Positions 19,227-30,082 of a stretch of DNA of 64,000 nt are shown one piece after another. Position numbers and translations under genes: made by a program. The notes beneath the pieces were generated by a model. That model had not been told where the DNA came from and searched no databases. It saw nothing but the letters and a program-made list of their open reading frames with translations. The stretch is from Chthonomonadales bacterium (GTDB lineage Bacteria > Armatimonadota > Chthonomonadetes > Chthonomonadales > CAJBBX01). The first letter of the stretch is position 1. The number at the start of each line of letters is the position of its first letter. The stretch is from the NCBI GenBank assembly GCA_037443035.1, contig JBBIPC010000001.1:224001-288000 (forward strand), written 5' to 3'.

Positions 19227-20318
19227 ATGACCAGACCGATACTGCAGACCGCTGTGAAACCCGATTGGGAGGCTCTGCTCCGGTGCATCCATCGCGAGGG
19301 AACGCCGTCTCGCGTCCACAACATCGAGCTGTTTCTCGACCCAGAAGTGAATGACGCAGTGGCGGATCGCTTCGACCTGACGTCGAGCCTCGACCGGAAC
19401 GCGGACGACTTCGCTTACCGACGCTATGTGGCGGTGCAAAGGTTCCTCGGGTACGACTACGTTCGTTTCGGTGTCGAGAACATGGACTGGCCCATGCATC
19501 GTGGGATCACCGAAGACACGGCGCCGCTAACCCGTCAGACGGGTCGGAGTTACATTGACGAGCACCGAGGACCCATCACGACCTGGGACGAGTTCGAAGC
19601 TTACCCGTGGCCGGATCCGAGCAAGGCTACGACCCGAGGGCTCGAATGGTGCGAGAAACACCTGCCCGACGACATGTGCGTCATAGCCGGAGGCGGCTTC
19701 GGCCATATCGCTGAGCACCTGATCTGGCTCATGGGCTACGAGACTATCTGCTACGCACTGTACGACAACAGGGATCTTGTGAAGGCCATTAGCGACCGCG
19801 TAACGGAGATCTTCGTCGAAGTCATGCGCATCGTTCTGCAGTTCCCCCGGGTCAAGGCGACATGGGGCAGCGACGACATGGGCCACCGGTCCGGCACCCT
19901 GCTCAGCCCCCGTGACACGCGGGAGTTCATACTGCCGGGCCACAAGAAGCTTGCGCGAATGAGCCATGCCGCTGGCCGACCGTATCTGCTCCATTCCTGT
20001 GGCAACTTGCGCTCGATCATGGATGACCTCATCAGCGACGTACAGATCGACGCAAAGCACTCGTTCGAGGACACGATCGAGACTGTCACAGAGGCGAAGC
20101 GAACATACGGTCAGCGAATCGCCCTGCTCGGTGGCATTGATGTGGATTTCCTCTGTGTGGCCGAAGAGGAGGCGATCCGCGAGCGTGTCCGCGATACGCT
20201 GAGTCAGTGCATGCCAGGCGGTGGCTATTGTCTGGGCACGGGGAACAGCGTGACGAACTACATCCCGTTGGACAACTATCTCGTCATGCTCGACGAGGGG
20301 CGCCGCTGGCAAGGTTGA
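19227..20318 (+). CDS. Uroporphyrinogen decarboxylase (URO-D/CIMS-like) family protein
   Basis: SDDMG...LLSP, LHSCGN, LLGGIDVD, GGGYCLGTGNSV.NYIP. Confidence 0.85.
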   Translation: MTRPILQTAVKPDWEALLRCIHREGTPSRVHNIELFLDPEVNDAVADRFDLTSSLDRNADDFAYRRYVAVQRFLGYDYVRFGVENMDWPMHRGITEDTAPLTRQTGRSYIDEHRGPITTWDEFEAYPWPDPSKATTRGLEWCEKHLPDDMCVIAGGGFGHIAEHLIWLMGYETICYALYDNRDLVKAISDRVTEIFVEVMRIVLQFPRVKATWGSDDMGHRSGTLLSPRDTREFILPGHKKLARMSHAAGRPYLLHSCGNLRSIMDDLISDVQIDAKHSFEDTIETVTEAKRTYGQRIALLGGIDVDFLCVAEEEAIRERVRDTLSQCMPGGGYCLGTGNSVTNYIPLDNYLVMLDEGRRWQG

Positions 20319-20322
20319 CCCC

Positions 20323-20349
20323 AGAGGAGGGGCTGGATGCCTCTCCTCT
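20323..20349. terminator. Terminator-like hairpin between convergent genes
   Basis: AGAGGAGGGGC-TGGAT-GCCTCTCCTCT. Confidence 0.55.
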
Positions 20350-20489
20350 TGTGGCCCACGCTCGCGCACCCGCGCTGTTGTCCTTGAGGCTCGGGGCTGC
20401 GTCTCGATGGATGAGTGCCAACCGCCATGGTGGACGCCAGGTCGTGCGCAGGGAGACCAGGCCGGCCTCCCTGCAAGCGATACCGTCTG

Positions 20490-21197
20490 CTACCGTGCCT
20501 CAGCCTCGATGGCCCGAGGAAACAGCACATTGTTTTCCTTATGGATGTGAATGTGTAGGTCCACTTCCAGCTTGCCCATCTCCTCGAGCATGGCCGCATA
20601 GGTCGGGCAGCCGTCAGGCGGGAGAGTGTAATCGGCAGTGAGCTTCCGCAAAGCGGCCAAGGCGTTGCCCGCGTGCTCATGTTCCATGACCATGACCCGG
20701 ATTGGGTTCGCCACGCTGCCGAAATGTGGGTCCGTAGCGTTCGCCCGCTCGAGGTCCCGGCAAGCCGGAAACAGAATGTTCTCCTCTTTCCACATGTGGG
20801 AGTCCAGCTCAGCTCGCAAGTCGCTGAAGACCCTCTGTACCTCGCCCAACTCAGGATGCCGCTGAACGTGCGCAGCAACCGCCTGCTCGATGAGTTGCGT
20901 GATCCGAGGCAGCACACCGCGAAGATACTGATGATGCGTCTCCTCGATATGGTCGCAGAGCTCGGCGATAGTCATTCTCGCCACATCCACTTCTGAGGAG
21001 TTGTGATCGGTGCTGTCGGACTGCTCGATCCTGGCAAGAACGGATTCGACGTTCAGCCCTCGCTCAGCGCATGCCTGTGTAAGCGTGGACTGACCCCCGC
21101 AGCAGTAATCGAGGCCAAGTTCTTCGAAGATGCGGGCTCGTGTCGGCCTTTCCAGAACGAGCTGGCCAAGTGTCTTGTCCTGTTGTCGATCGGACAT
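20490..21197 (-). CDS. ric: Iron-sulfur cluster repair di-iron protein (RIC/YtfE/ScdA)
   Basis: LDYCCGG, HIEETHHQYL, HMWKEENILFP, EHEHAG, HIHKENNVLFP. Confidence 0.95.
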   Translation of the reverse strand: MSDRQQDKTLGQLVLERPTRARIFEELGLDYCCGGQSTLTQACAERGLNVESVLARIEQSDSTDHNSSEVDVARMTIAELCDHIEETHHQYLRGVLPRITQLIEQAVAAHVQRHPELGEVQRVFSDLRAELDSHMWKEENILFPACRDLERANATDPHFGSVANPIRVMVMEHEHAGNALAALRKLTADYTLPPDGCPTYAAMLEEMGKLEVDLHIHIHKENNVLFPRAIEAEAR

Positions 21198-21237
21198 CGT
21201 TTCCTCCGCGTTGGTATTCGCGCGTGTCTGCCTGACC

Positions 21238-21561
21238 CTACTTGGCGGCCTTGACCATGTAGAGCAGCATAACGGTCCTTGATCGGGCAAGGATCGAGTG
21301 CGGCATGTGCGCAGGCATCAACGCCCAGAAGCCGGCGTGCGCTTCGACCTTCCGATCACCGATGATAACGTCGGAGTCGCCAGCCAAGAGGTGGATCGTC
21401 GCCGGCACGGATGCCGTATGCTCGGACAGCTCCTGCCCAGCGTCGAAACCAAAGAGAACGACCTTCAGGTGCTCGTCGCTGTGGAGGGTCCTACTGATGA
21501 TGCCGTTTTCAGGTACCACGACTTCGCTGCTGAGATCCGCAAGTATTCGACTCTCGCTCAT
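21238..21561 (-). CDS. Cupin domain protein
   Basis: LFGFDAGQELSEHTA, MPAHMPHS; co-oriented upstream of ric. Confidence 0.88.
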   Translation of the reverse strand: MSESRILADLSSEVVVPENGIISRTLHSDEHLKVVLFGFDAGQELSEHTASVPATIHLLAGDSDVIIGDRKVEAHAGFWALMPAHMPHSILARSRTVMLLYMVKAAK

Positions 21562-21656
21562 TTCATACTCCTGAGTTGGTTGCTCGGCTGTACGTGTCTG
21601 CCATGTTATATACGGACGTGCGAGTCCATTTATCACCCACTATCTCCAAACCGAGG

Positions 21657-21686
21657 TTGACACGAAGCAGACCTGTGCCGTATACT
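21657..21686 (+). promoter_or_regulatory. Sigma70-type promoter of the tRNA cluster
   Basis: TTGACA-N18-TATACT. Confidence 0.65.
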
Positions 21687-21719
21687 GCTCCTGTGCGAAC
21701 CGCTATTGTGGCGGTGTAG

Positions 21720-21792
21720 GCGCTCGTAGCTCAGCGGATAGAGCGGCAGGTTGCGGACCTGTAGGTCGGGGGTTCGATTCCCTCCGAGCGCG
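21720..21792 (+). tRNA. tRNA-Arg(GCG), CCA not encoded
   Basis: GCGCTCG/CGAGCGC acceptor stem, D-loop A20, anticodon arm GCAGG-TTGCGGA-CCTGT. Confidence 0.93.
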
Positions 21793-21833
21793 CGGCGTAG
21801 CCCACCGGTCCGACACGATTCGTCGGTCATTGC

Positions 21834-21906
21834 GCCCTCGTAGCTCAGTGGATAGAGCTGGGGCGTCCTAAGCCCTGAGTCGGGGGTTCGATTCCCTCCG
21901 AGGGCG
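21834..21906 (+). tRNA. tRNA-Arg(CCT), CCA not encoded
   Basis: GCCCTCG/CGAGGGC acceptor stem, anticodon arm GGGGC-GTCCTAA-GCCCT. Confidence 0.9.
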
Positions 21907-21921
21907 TTCCTTTCTCCTAGC

Positions 21922-22009
21922 GGAGGGGTCGCATAGTGGACTAGTGCGCCCGCCTCGAAAGCGGGTAGGCCCTCAAGCCTCGCGGGTTCGAATCCCGCCC
22001 CCTCCGCCA
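21922..22009 (+). tRNA. tRNA-Ser(CGA), CCA encoded
   Basis: GGAGGGG/CCCCTCC acceptor stem, CCCGC-CTCGAAA-GCGGG anticodon arm, long variable arm, GCCA end. Confidence 0.95.
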
Positions 22010-22101
22010 GCTCCTCTGCCACACCTCCCCACCACAGGCCAGTTCGCCGAGTCGAGACGTGGACACCTGGAAACCCGCCAGGCACTTCCTACGTATCTAG
22101 A

Positions 22102-22131
22102 CTTGACATCAACGCACTAAAATCGAATAAT
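22102..22131 (+). promoter_or_regulatory. dnaK promoter overlapped by a degenerate HAIR (HspR operator)
   Basis: TTGACA(22103)-N17-AATAAT(22126); CTTGACA-N7-ACTAAAA matches HAIR CTTGAGT-N7-ACTCAAG at 10 of 14 positions. Confidence 0.55.
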
Positions 22132-22183
22132 AGAAACGCGCTAATGAGGGTGCGCATGTTACGCGCCCACATCGTGGAGGTAG

Positions 22184-24010
<1,827 letters not shown>

Positions 24011-24090
24011 CGTCGCGTGGCCGCGCGGGTTCGATTGCTGTCCGCATGAGCAACCCGCCGGCGGCCATGTTGTAGCTGGGGTGAGGCGAA

Positions 24091-25104
24091 GTGGCGACGC
24101 CTGCGTACAAAGACTACTATCAGATACTCGGTGTCAAGCGGGGAGCTGACGAGAAGGAGATCAAGGCGGCCTACCGTCGGCTCGCCCGGAAGTATCACCC
24201 GGATGTGAATCCTAACGATCCTAGCGCCGAGGAACGCTTCAAAGAGATTAGCGAGGCGTATGAGGTTCTCAGCGACCCTCATAAGCGTGCCCAGTACGAT
24301 AGCTTCGGAGATCAGTGGCGACGGGCCAGTCAGGCGGGTGCTCGTCCAGGCGGGAGCCCGTTCGGGACCGGCACACCCGACATCGAGTTCAGCTTCGGCG
24401 GTACGGATCTTCACGACTTCTTCGAGACTATCTTCGGAGGACGGCCGACACGGTCGCGCCGTGCCGCGACTCGCGGCGAGGACGTCGAGTTCGGCATAGA
24501 TGTGAGCCTCGAAGAGGTCATGCAAGGCACCGTCAAGTCTCACACGGTGAACATCGAAGATGTATGCTCGTCGTGCGGGGGTGCCGGAACGCTCGGTCCC
24601 CGGCGGGGCGCCTTCGATCTCAGCGCCTCGCCATGTCCAGACTGCCGCGGCAGAGGGCGTTCGACAAGAAGCCAGCGGATCAAGGTCAAGATACCTCCGG
24701 GGGTCGAGGATGGCAGGCGGTTGTGTCTCCGCGGACAGGGCGCGGCAGGTCCCGACGGAACGAAAGGTGACCTGTATCTTGTCGTGCGCGTTCGAGCGCA
24801 CCCAGACTTTCAGCTACAGGAGCGAGACCTCCATACTGACGTCGAGATACCCTACACAGTCGCTGCTCTTGGAGGCGAGGTCCAAGTGAAAACTCCGCTC
24901 GGTTCCCGCACTCTAACGGTACCACCGGGCGTCCAAAGCGGCCAGCGAATCCGCGTAAGCGGTCAGGGACTGCCCAATCCTGGCGGCAAGGCTGGTGACT
25001 TGTACGCACGCGTGCGCGTCACCGTGCCAAAGGACATCAGCCCGCGGGAGCGTGAGTTGCTCAGCGAGCTCGCCAGACTGCGCGGCGACCGTGTAAGACT
25101 ATGA
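24091..25104 (+). CDS. dnaJ: DnaJ-class co-chaperone with a reduced zinc finger
   Basis: J domain with HPD, G/F region, two CxxCxGxG motifs, DnaJ C-terminal domains. Confidence 0.9.
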   Translation: MATPAYKDYYQILGVKRGADEKEIKAAYRRLARKYHPDVNPNDPSAEERFKEISEAYEVLSDPHKRAQYDSFGDQWRRASQAGARPGGSPFGTGTPDIEFSFGGTDLHDFFETIFGGRPTRSRRAATRGEDVEFGIDVSLEEVMQGTVKSHTVNIEDVCSSCGGAGTLGPRRGAFDLSASPCPDCRGRGRSTRSQRIKVKIPPGVEDGRRLCLRGQGAAGPDGTKGDLYLVVRVRAHPDFQLQERDLHTDVEIPYTVAALGGEVQVKTPLGSRTLTVPPGVQSGQRIRVSGQGLPNPGGKAGDLYARVRVTVPKDISPRERELLSELARLRGDRVRL

Positions 25105-25445
25105 ACTTTGGGGGCAACGAGCCTATGCCACGCGCCGACCAGGAACCGCTCTACCTGATCAGCGTCGCTGCCCAACTGACTGGTCTGCATCCGCAGACTG
25201 TTCGCCTGTACGAGCGGCTGGGTCTCGTGTCGCCTGTCCGAGTCAGCAACAAGAACCGCTTGTTTTCGGATGCCGACATAGAGCGACTGCGTCAGATCCG
25301 CCGCTTCACGCAGGATATGGGGGTGAACCTCGCGGGTGTCGAGATCATCCTGGATCTGCTTAGGAAAATGGAGGCACTGCAGGCTGAGCTCGACGCCCTG
25401 CGAGAACGTCTCCGCAGCATGGGCGTTTCCGACGCTGACATGTAG
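25101..25445 (+). CDS. hspR: MerR-family heat-shock repressor HspR
   Basis: [28 protein letters not shown]...RLFS..DIERL...GVNLAG; last gene of the dnaK operon. Confidence 0.88.
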   Translation: MNFGGNEPMPRADQEPLYLISVAAQLTGLHPQTVRLYERLGLVSPVRVSNKNRLFSDADIERLRQIRRFTQDMGVNLAGVEIILDLLRKMEALQAELDALRERLRSMGVSDADM

Positions 25446-25454
25446 ATGCGTCTC

Positions 25455-25498
25455 CAGACCCCGCACCTCATCTGCGCGCGCAGGAGGTGCGGGGTCTG
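25455..25498. terminator. Long GC-rich hairpin between convergent hspR and purH
   Basis: Perfect 15-bp arms CAGACCCCGCACCTC / GAGGTGCGGGGTCTG. Confidence 0.75.
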
Positions 25499-25505
25499 TT
25501 GCGCA

Positions 25506-27086
25506 TCAGTGCCGGAAATGACGGACGCCCGTGAAGACCATTGCCACGCCCCGCTCGTTGCATAGGGCTATAGTATCGCTATCGCGCCTAGACCCGCCCG
25601 GCTGGATAATGGCAGTCACGCCAGCATCAGCCGCAACCGTGGGACCGTCGGCAAATGGGAAAAACGCGTCCGATGCAAGGACGCTTCCGGCTGCCTTCTC
25701 CCCAGCCTGTGCCACCGCCAGCCGGACAGATTGGACACGATTCATCTGACCAGCACCGACCCCAACGATTCGGTGTTCCTTCGTCAGCACAATGGCGTTG
25801 GACTTGACATGCTTCACCGCGCGCCACGCAAACAGCAGCTCTTGCAGCTCATCCTCTGTCGGTCGGCGCTCGGTCACAACAGTGATCTCGTCACGGGTGA
25901 GCAACTTCAGGTCCCTATCCTGTACAAGTAGCCCACCGACCAGTTGCTTCACCTGCCAACCCCGCGCACGAGAGCGCCAGCTCTCGAGGGAGCCAACTTC
26001 CAGCAACCGAACGTTTTCGCCCCACTTCCGTCGGCTCTTCAGCAATTCGAGCGCCTCCGCATCGTAGCCTGGTGCTATGATCACCTCGAAGAATGTTCCG
26101 GGCTCGGTCATGGCCCGTGCTGTCTCCCGGTCCACCACCTGGCTCAGTGCAACGATGCCGCCGAAGGCCGACACCGGATCTCCTTCCAGCGCCCCTCGGA
26201 ATGCGGCGTCTAGGGTCGGAGCCTGGGCCAGACCGCACGGGTTCGTATGCTTCACGATGACACATGCCGGAGCTTCGGAGAAGTCCTTGATAGTCTCGAG
26301 CGCCGCATCGGCATCGCAGAGGTTGTTGAACGATAGCGGCTTGCCATGGATCACCTTCGCCAGGCCAATGCACGGTTCCGTGGTGGTGTCCTGGACGTAG
26401 AACGCCGCCTTCTGATGCGGATTCTCCCCGTACCTACAGGGATACGCCAATGTCGCTCCAATCACGAGCGTCTGCGGGTGCTCATCGCCTGGTGCAAGCG
26501 TGGTGCGCATCCACTCCGCAATGCGTGCATCGTAGGCGGCGACGTGCGCGAACGCCTTGGCCGCCAAGCGACGGCGCGTTGCCAGAGGCACGGCGCCCTG
26601 CTGCGTGCGCAACTCCTCCAACACACCTGCGTAGTCAGAAGGGTCCACAAGAACCACCACGTGCTCGTGGTTCTTGGCCGCAGACCGCACCATGGAAGGT
26701 CCGCCGATGTCTATGTTTTCGATACATTCTTGTACAGGCTTTCCTGATCGTACCGTCTCGGCGAAGGGATACAGGTTGACGCAGACAATGTCGATCGGGG
26801 AGATTCCATGTTCCGTGACCGCGCGCTGATGCTCCTCGAGCTCCCTCCGGAACAGGATGCCGCCGTGGACCGCCGGGTGCAACGTCTTGACACGACCGTC
26901 CAGCATTTCCGGGAAGCCAGTCAACTCCTCGATCCCGCGAACGGGGAGGCCAGCCGAGCGAAGCTCGTTAGCTGTCCCCCCGGTGGACACCAGCTCTACC
27001 CCAAGATCTGCAAGGCCTGTTGCGAACTCCAGGATTCCTGACTTGTCGGACACGCTCAACAGGGCGCGCCGGACACGATGAACCAT
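25506..27086 (-). CDS. purH: Bifunctional AICAR transformylase / IMP cyclohydrolase
   Basis: RALLSVSDK, GRVKTLHP, RYGENPHQ, KHTNPCG, ASDAFFPF, RHFRH. Confidence 0.98.
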   Translation of the reverse strand: MVHRVRRALLSVSDKSGILEFATGLADLGVELVSTGGTANELRSAGLPVRGIEELTGFPEMLDGRVKTLHPAVHGGILFRRELEEHQRAVTEHGISPIDIVCVNLYPFAETVRSGKPVQECIENIDIGGPSMVRSAAKNHEHVVVLVDPSDYAGVLEELRTQQGAVPLATRRRLAAKAFAHVAAYDARIAEWMRTTLAPGDEHPQTLVIGATLAYPCRYGENPHQKAAFYVQDTTTEPCIGLAKVIHGKPLSFNNLCDADAALETIKDFSEAPACVIVKHTNPCGLAQAPTLDAAFRGALEGDPVSAFGGIVALSQVVDRETARAMTEPGTFFEVIIAPGYDAEALELLKSRRKWGENVRLLEVGSLESWRSRARGWQVKQLVGGLLVQDRDLKLLTRDEITVVTERRPTEDELQELLFAWRAVKHVKSNAIVLTKEHRIVGVGAGQMNRVQSVRLAVAQAGEKAAGSVLASDAFFPFADGPTVAADAGVTAIIQPGGSRRDSDTIALCNERGVAMVFTGVRHFRH

Positions 27087-27190
27087 GGCAACCTCCACGT
27101 TCTATTTGGCTGGGAGCATGGCCCGATCCGTGTAGTGTGGACCGAGCCTACACCTGAGTGTTGTCGCTGATGCAGGAGACAGTGCTTCCG

Positions 27191-28189
27191 TCACTCTATC
27201 GGTGTCGTCTTCGCGATCAGCGGAGCGAGCGCTGCATCCAACGTCGCTTCAGTGGGACCTGCATCTACGCCCGAGAAGAGAAACCAGCGCTCGACATGCT
27301 CGACCGAGCCACCCGGCTCGAGTTTCGTCAGCGGACCCACCGTCTCCACTTCCATGAACGTACCTTTCGTGAAGGTCTCGCAGTTGCACCCGTCATCGGG
27401 ATAGGTTGCACCCTTGACATAGGCAAATCGCTTGACAAACAAGGTGCCTGCATTCAGGTAAGCCATCCACCCCTGCTTGTTGGCGACACCGACCTTTTGT
27501 GCGAAGTTCAGCGACGCTTCTGTCCGCAACCGCAGGTACTTCTTGCCGATCGTCCAGCGCGGGTCTGTGAGATCCGTGTAATGCCACAGTACCATAGGCC
27601 GTGCTGGAAGCACGTAGTCGTCATGGGAGATGTAGGGTTCCTGAGGAATGATGGTGGTTCCTCCTCCAGCCACGATCGTCAACGCCCACGGGGCCGCCTC
27701 CACGGCCCAGACTCCCCGGTTCGTGAGACGGTGTACAACTTTGACACCAGAACCTTCTACATCTAGCGTGACTGTGATTTCCTTTTGCATGCCAGTGTGT
27801 GGCTCGACCTCCTGCGTAAGCCGTATCGTTCCATCGGCTTCCACCTTCACCGCAACTGGATCATTGTCAGGCGCGTAGCTGCGTGGTTTGACCTCTGGCG
27901 CGTGCCAGAATCGGTGACCGCCGTACGGCTTCCAATCGCCCCATTCCGTCTTGACGACATCGTCGGGCATTTCTGCGAAGACGTTCGACTTTCCGACAAA
28001 GCCGTAACGTATCACTCTAGGACCGATATCCGTCGTGACGATCACTTCCACCGTACCGTTAGTCAGCTTGTAACAGTTTGGCTTGCCGAAGTAGGACAGC
28101 TTCTCCACTTTCACTTCCCCTTTCGCAGGTGCCAAGATCGTCCACCAGAGCATTGAGGCTGCGGCACCTGCCAATAGCGTCTGTCGCAT
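27191..28189 (-). CDS. Secreted galactose-mutarotase-like (DUF4380-like) protein
   Basis: Signal peptide; DIGPRVI, YGGHRFWHAPE, YPDDGCNCE, MEVETVGPL. Confidence 0.65.
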   Translation of the reverse strand: MRQTLLAGAAASMLWWTILAPAKGEVKVEKLSYFGKPNCYKLTNGTVEVIVTTDIGPRVIRYGFVGKSNVFAEMPDDVVKTEWGDWKPYGGHRFWHAPEVKPRSYAPDNDPVAVKVEADGTIRLTQEVEPHTGMQKEITVTLDVEGSGVKVVHRLTNRGVWAVEAAPWALTIVAGGGTTIIPQEPYISHDDYVLPARPMVLWHYTDLTDPRWTIGKKYLRLRTEASLNFAQKVGVANKQGWMAYLNAGTLFVKRFAYVKGATYPDDGCNCETFTKGTFMEVETVGPLTKLEPGGSVEHVERWFLFSGVDAGPTEATLDAALAPLIAKTTPIE

Positions 28190-28202
28190 ATTGTGTACCC
28201 TC

Positions 28203-28859
28203 CTAGTCCCGTATTTCATCCAACACCACTTGTCCATTCTCGACCCGCAGCCGCCCGCTAGCGAAAAGAGCAACCGCTCTGACATAGGTCCGGTGCTCCT
28301 CGGGAAGGATACGTGCCGCGAGCGTCTGTGGGGTATCGCCAGGCATTACTGGCACCCGGGTCTGCAAGATGATCGGCCCATGGTCGTATTGATCATCCAC
28401 GAAGTGCACTGTGCAGCCAGACTCGGTCTCGCCTGCCGCGAGGACCGCCTCATGCACGCGCTCTCCGTACATACCTCGCCCACCGAACTTGGGCAATAGG
28501 GCCGGGTGGATATTCAGGATCCTCCACCGATAAGCCTCTACCACCGGCTTGGGCAGTAGACGCATGTAGCCCGCGAGGCACACCAGGTCCACACGGTATC
28601 GCCTGAGTAGGTCGAGTAGCTTGTACGCATACGATTCGTCGTCGCAGGTTGGCCGTACAACCTGCGTCGGAACGCCAGCATTAGCGGCCCTCTCCAATGC
28701 GGGTGCGCCCGTCCTAGCCCCGATAACGAGCACCACCTGACCCCGGATTCGTCCATCGCGGCAGCCGTCAATAAGCGCCTGCATGTTCGAGCCCCGACCG
28801 TGGCCGCTGACCAATACGGCTATGCGAATACCCGAGCTCGATGCGTCGTTACCTCTCAC
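28203..28859 (-). CDS. purN: Phosphoribosylglycinamide formyltransferase
   Basis: IAVLVSG..GSNMQAL, LAGYM, NIHPALLP, GCTVHFV...D.GPII; GTG start inferred. Confidence 0.95.
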   Translation of the reverse strand: MRGNDASSSGIRIAVLVSGHGRGSNMQALIDGCRDGRIRGQVVLVIGARTGAPALERAANAGVPTQVVRPTCDDESYAYKLLDLLRRYRVDLVCLAGYMRLLPKPVVEAYRWRILNIHPALLPKFGGRGMYGERVHEAVLAAGETESGCTVHFVDDQYDHGPIILQTRVPVMPGDTPQTLAARILPEEHRTYVRAVALFASGRLRVENGQVVLDEIRD

Positions 28860-29042
28860 CTCTCCCAAACCTCCGGCGGTGTTCAACAGCAGCCTCCTGC
28901 GCACGCGATTCGTTATATGCGCGCGGATTCCTGCAACAAACGAGCTTCTGTGGTGTCCCACTGCACAGGAAGCAATCTTACTCCGAGGCTCACAGCCATG
29001 CATTCACAGACAGCCAACAACCAACCAACTCAGGAGGTTACG

Positions 29043-30023
29043 ATGATGCAGTGCGAGAAGGTGTGGGATCTCCTCTCGGTCTATGCCGACGGTGAGGCGA
29101 CCCCCCAGGAAGCGGCAATCGTGGAAACCCACATTGCCACCTGCCAAGACTGTGCCCGCGATCTTGCATTCATGCGCGGCACCCATGATGTCCTCCAGGA
29201 TGTGCCGGAGGTGGAGCCACCTGCGACGCTGCGTTCGGCCATCCTTGCCGCGACTGTCAACCGGCCCAGCCTGCCTCAGCGGCTTGCCCTCGGTGTGCGC
29301 AAGACCCTGGCACCCGCTCCTGTCCGCTATGGTGCTCTGGCGGCCGCCGGCGCCGCGGCAGCTTTGACGGCAGTCATCCTCACAGAGAGCAGTGGTCCGG
29401 TGCTTCAGACGCCGTCCAACCCGCCCATCGTTGCTGCTTCTCCGGTTCAGCCACACACTCAGCCGTCCGTTACGCCAGAGCGGCCAGAGGTCGATCTGCT
29501 CGACGTCTACGAGCCGCCGGCAGCAACAACTCGCGTAGCTGCTAATGTGGAGCGACGTACTTCCCGACGGACGCTGCGCATGGCCCAGCAGCCAGTCCGA
29601 ACGGCGCTTCGCAGCACGTCAAAGCCGTCGTTCGTCCGGGCTGCATCGAAGGGCAATCCAACGGCAGCCACGGCTCCGGAAATTACCGCATCCGACGACT
29701 TGCACCAGCCCGCTGGTGGTGCTGCACTGACCAACGAGACGATCGCATCCGACCCGGAGCCCACCACGCGGATCATCGCTTCTTCGTCAGAGAATCCTTC
29801 CACGCCAGCCTCCTCCGCAAGTGGCGGTGCCGACATGAACCGTTCGGCCAGGATTGTGCTGACGGCGTCAGCTGTAGCGTTGGATCCCCAGCAGGTTGCC
29901 ACATTGGCTGATCTGCGGAGATCGCTGGCGCATGGCTCCAGCGAGGACCGAGTGCACTCAGGTCTGCCAACTCGCCCGCGAGACAAACAGATCCGCGTCG
30001 ACGTGCTCCGCAGCTCCTTCTAG
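29043..30023 (+). CDS. zf-HC2 (ZAS) anti-sigma factor with a TM helix and a long Pro/Ser/Thr-rich extracytoplasmic region
   Basis: C....LLSVYADGE......V..HIATCQDC; TM segment YGALAAAGAAAALTAVIL; AGGAGG SD. Confidence 0.85.
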   Translation: MMQCEKVWDLLSVYADGEATPQEAAIVETHIATCQDCARDLAFMRGTHDVLQDVPEVEPPATLRSAILAATVNRPSLPQRLALGVRKTLAPAPVRYGALAAAGAAAALTAVILTESSGPVLQTPSNPPIVAASPVQPHTQPSVTPERPEVDLLDVYEPPAATTRVAANVERRTSRRTLRMAQQPVRTALRSTSKPSFVRAASKGNPTAATAPEITASDDLHQPAGGAALTNETIASDPEPTTRIIASSSENPSTPASSASGGADMNRSARIVLTASAVALDPQQVATLADLRRSLAHGSSEDRVHSGLPTRPRDKQIRVDVLRSSF

Positions 30024-30082
30024 TAGCGAAGAGGACGTGAACAACACTGCACTTCCATGAACACCCGCATGGAGGAACACAG

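Noticed and set aside
27087..27190. Possible ZTP (pfl) riboswitch upstream of purH
   Set aside because: The conserved GACTGGCG...GTGG...CCAC...GCCTGGGC elements were not found.
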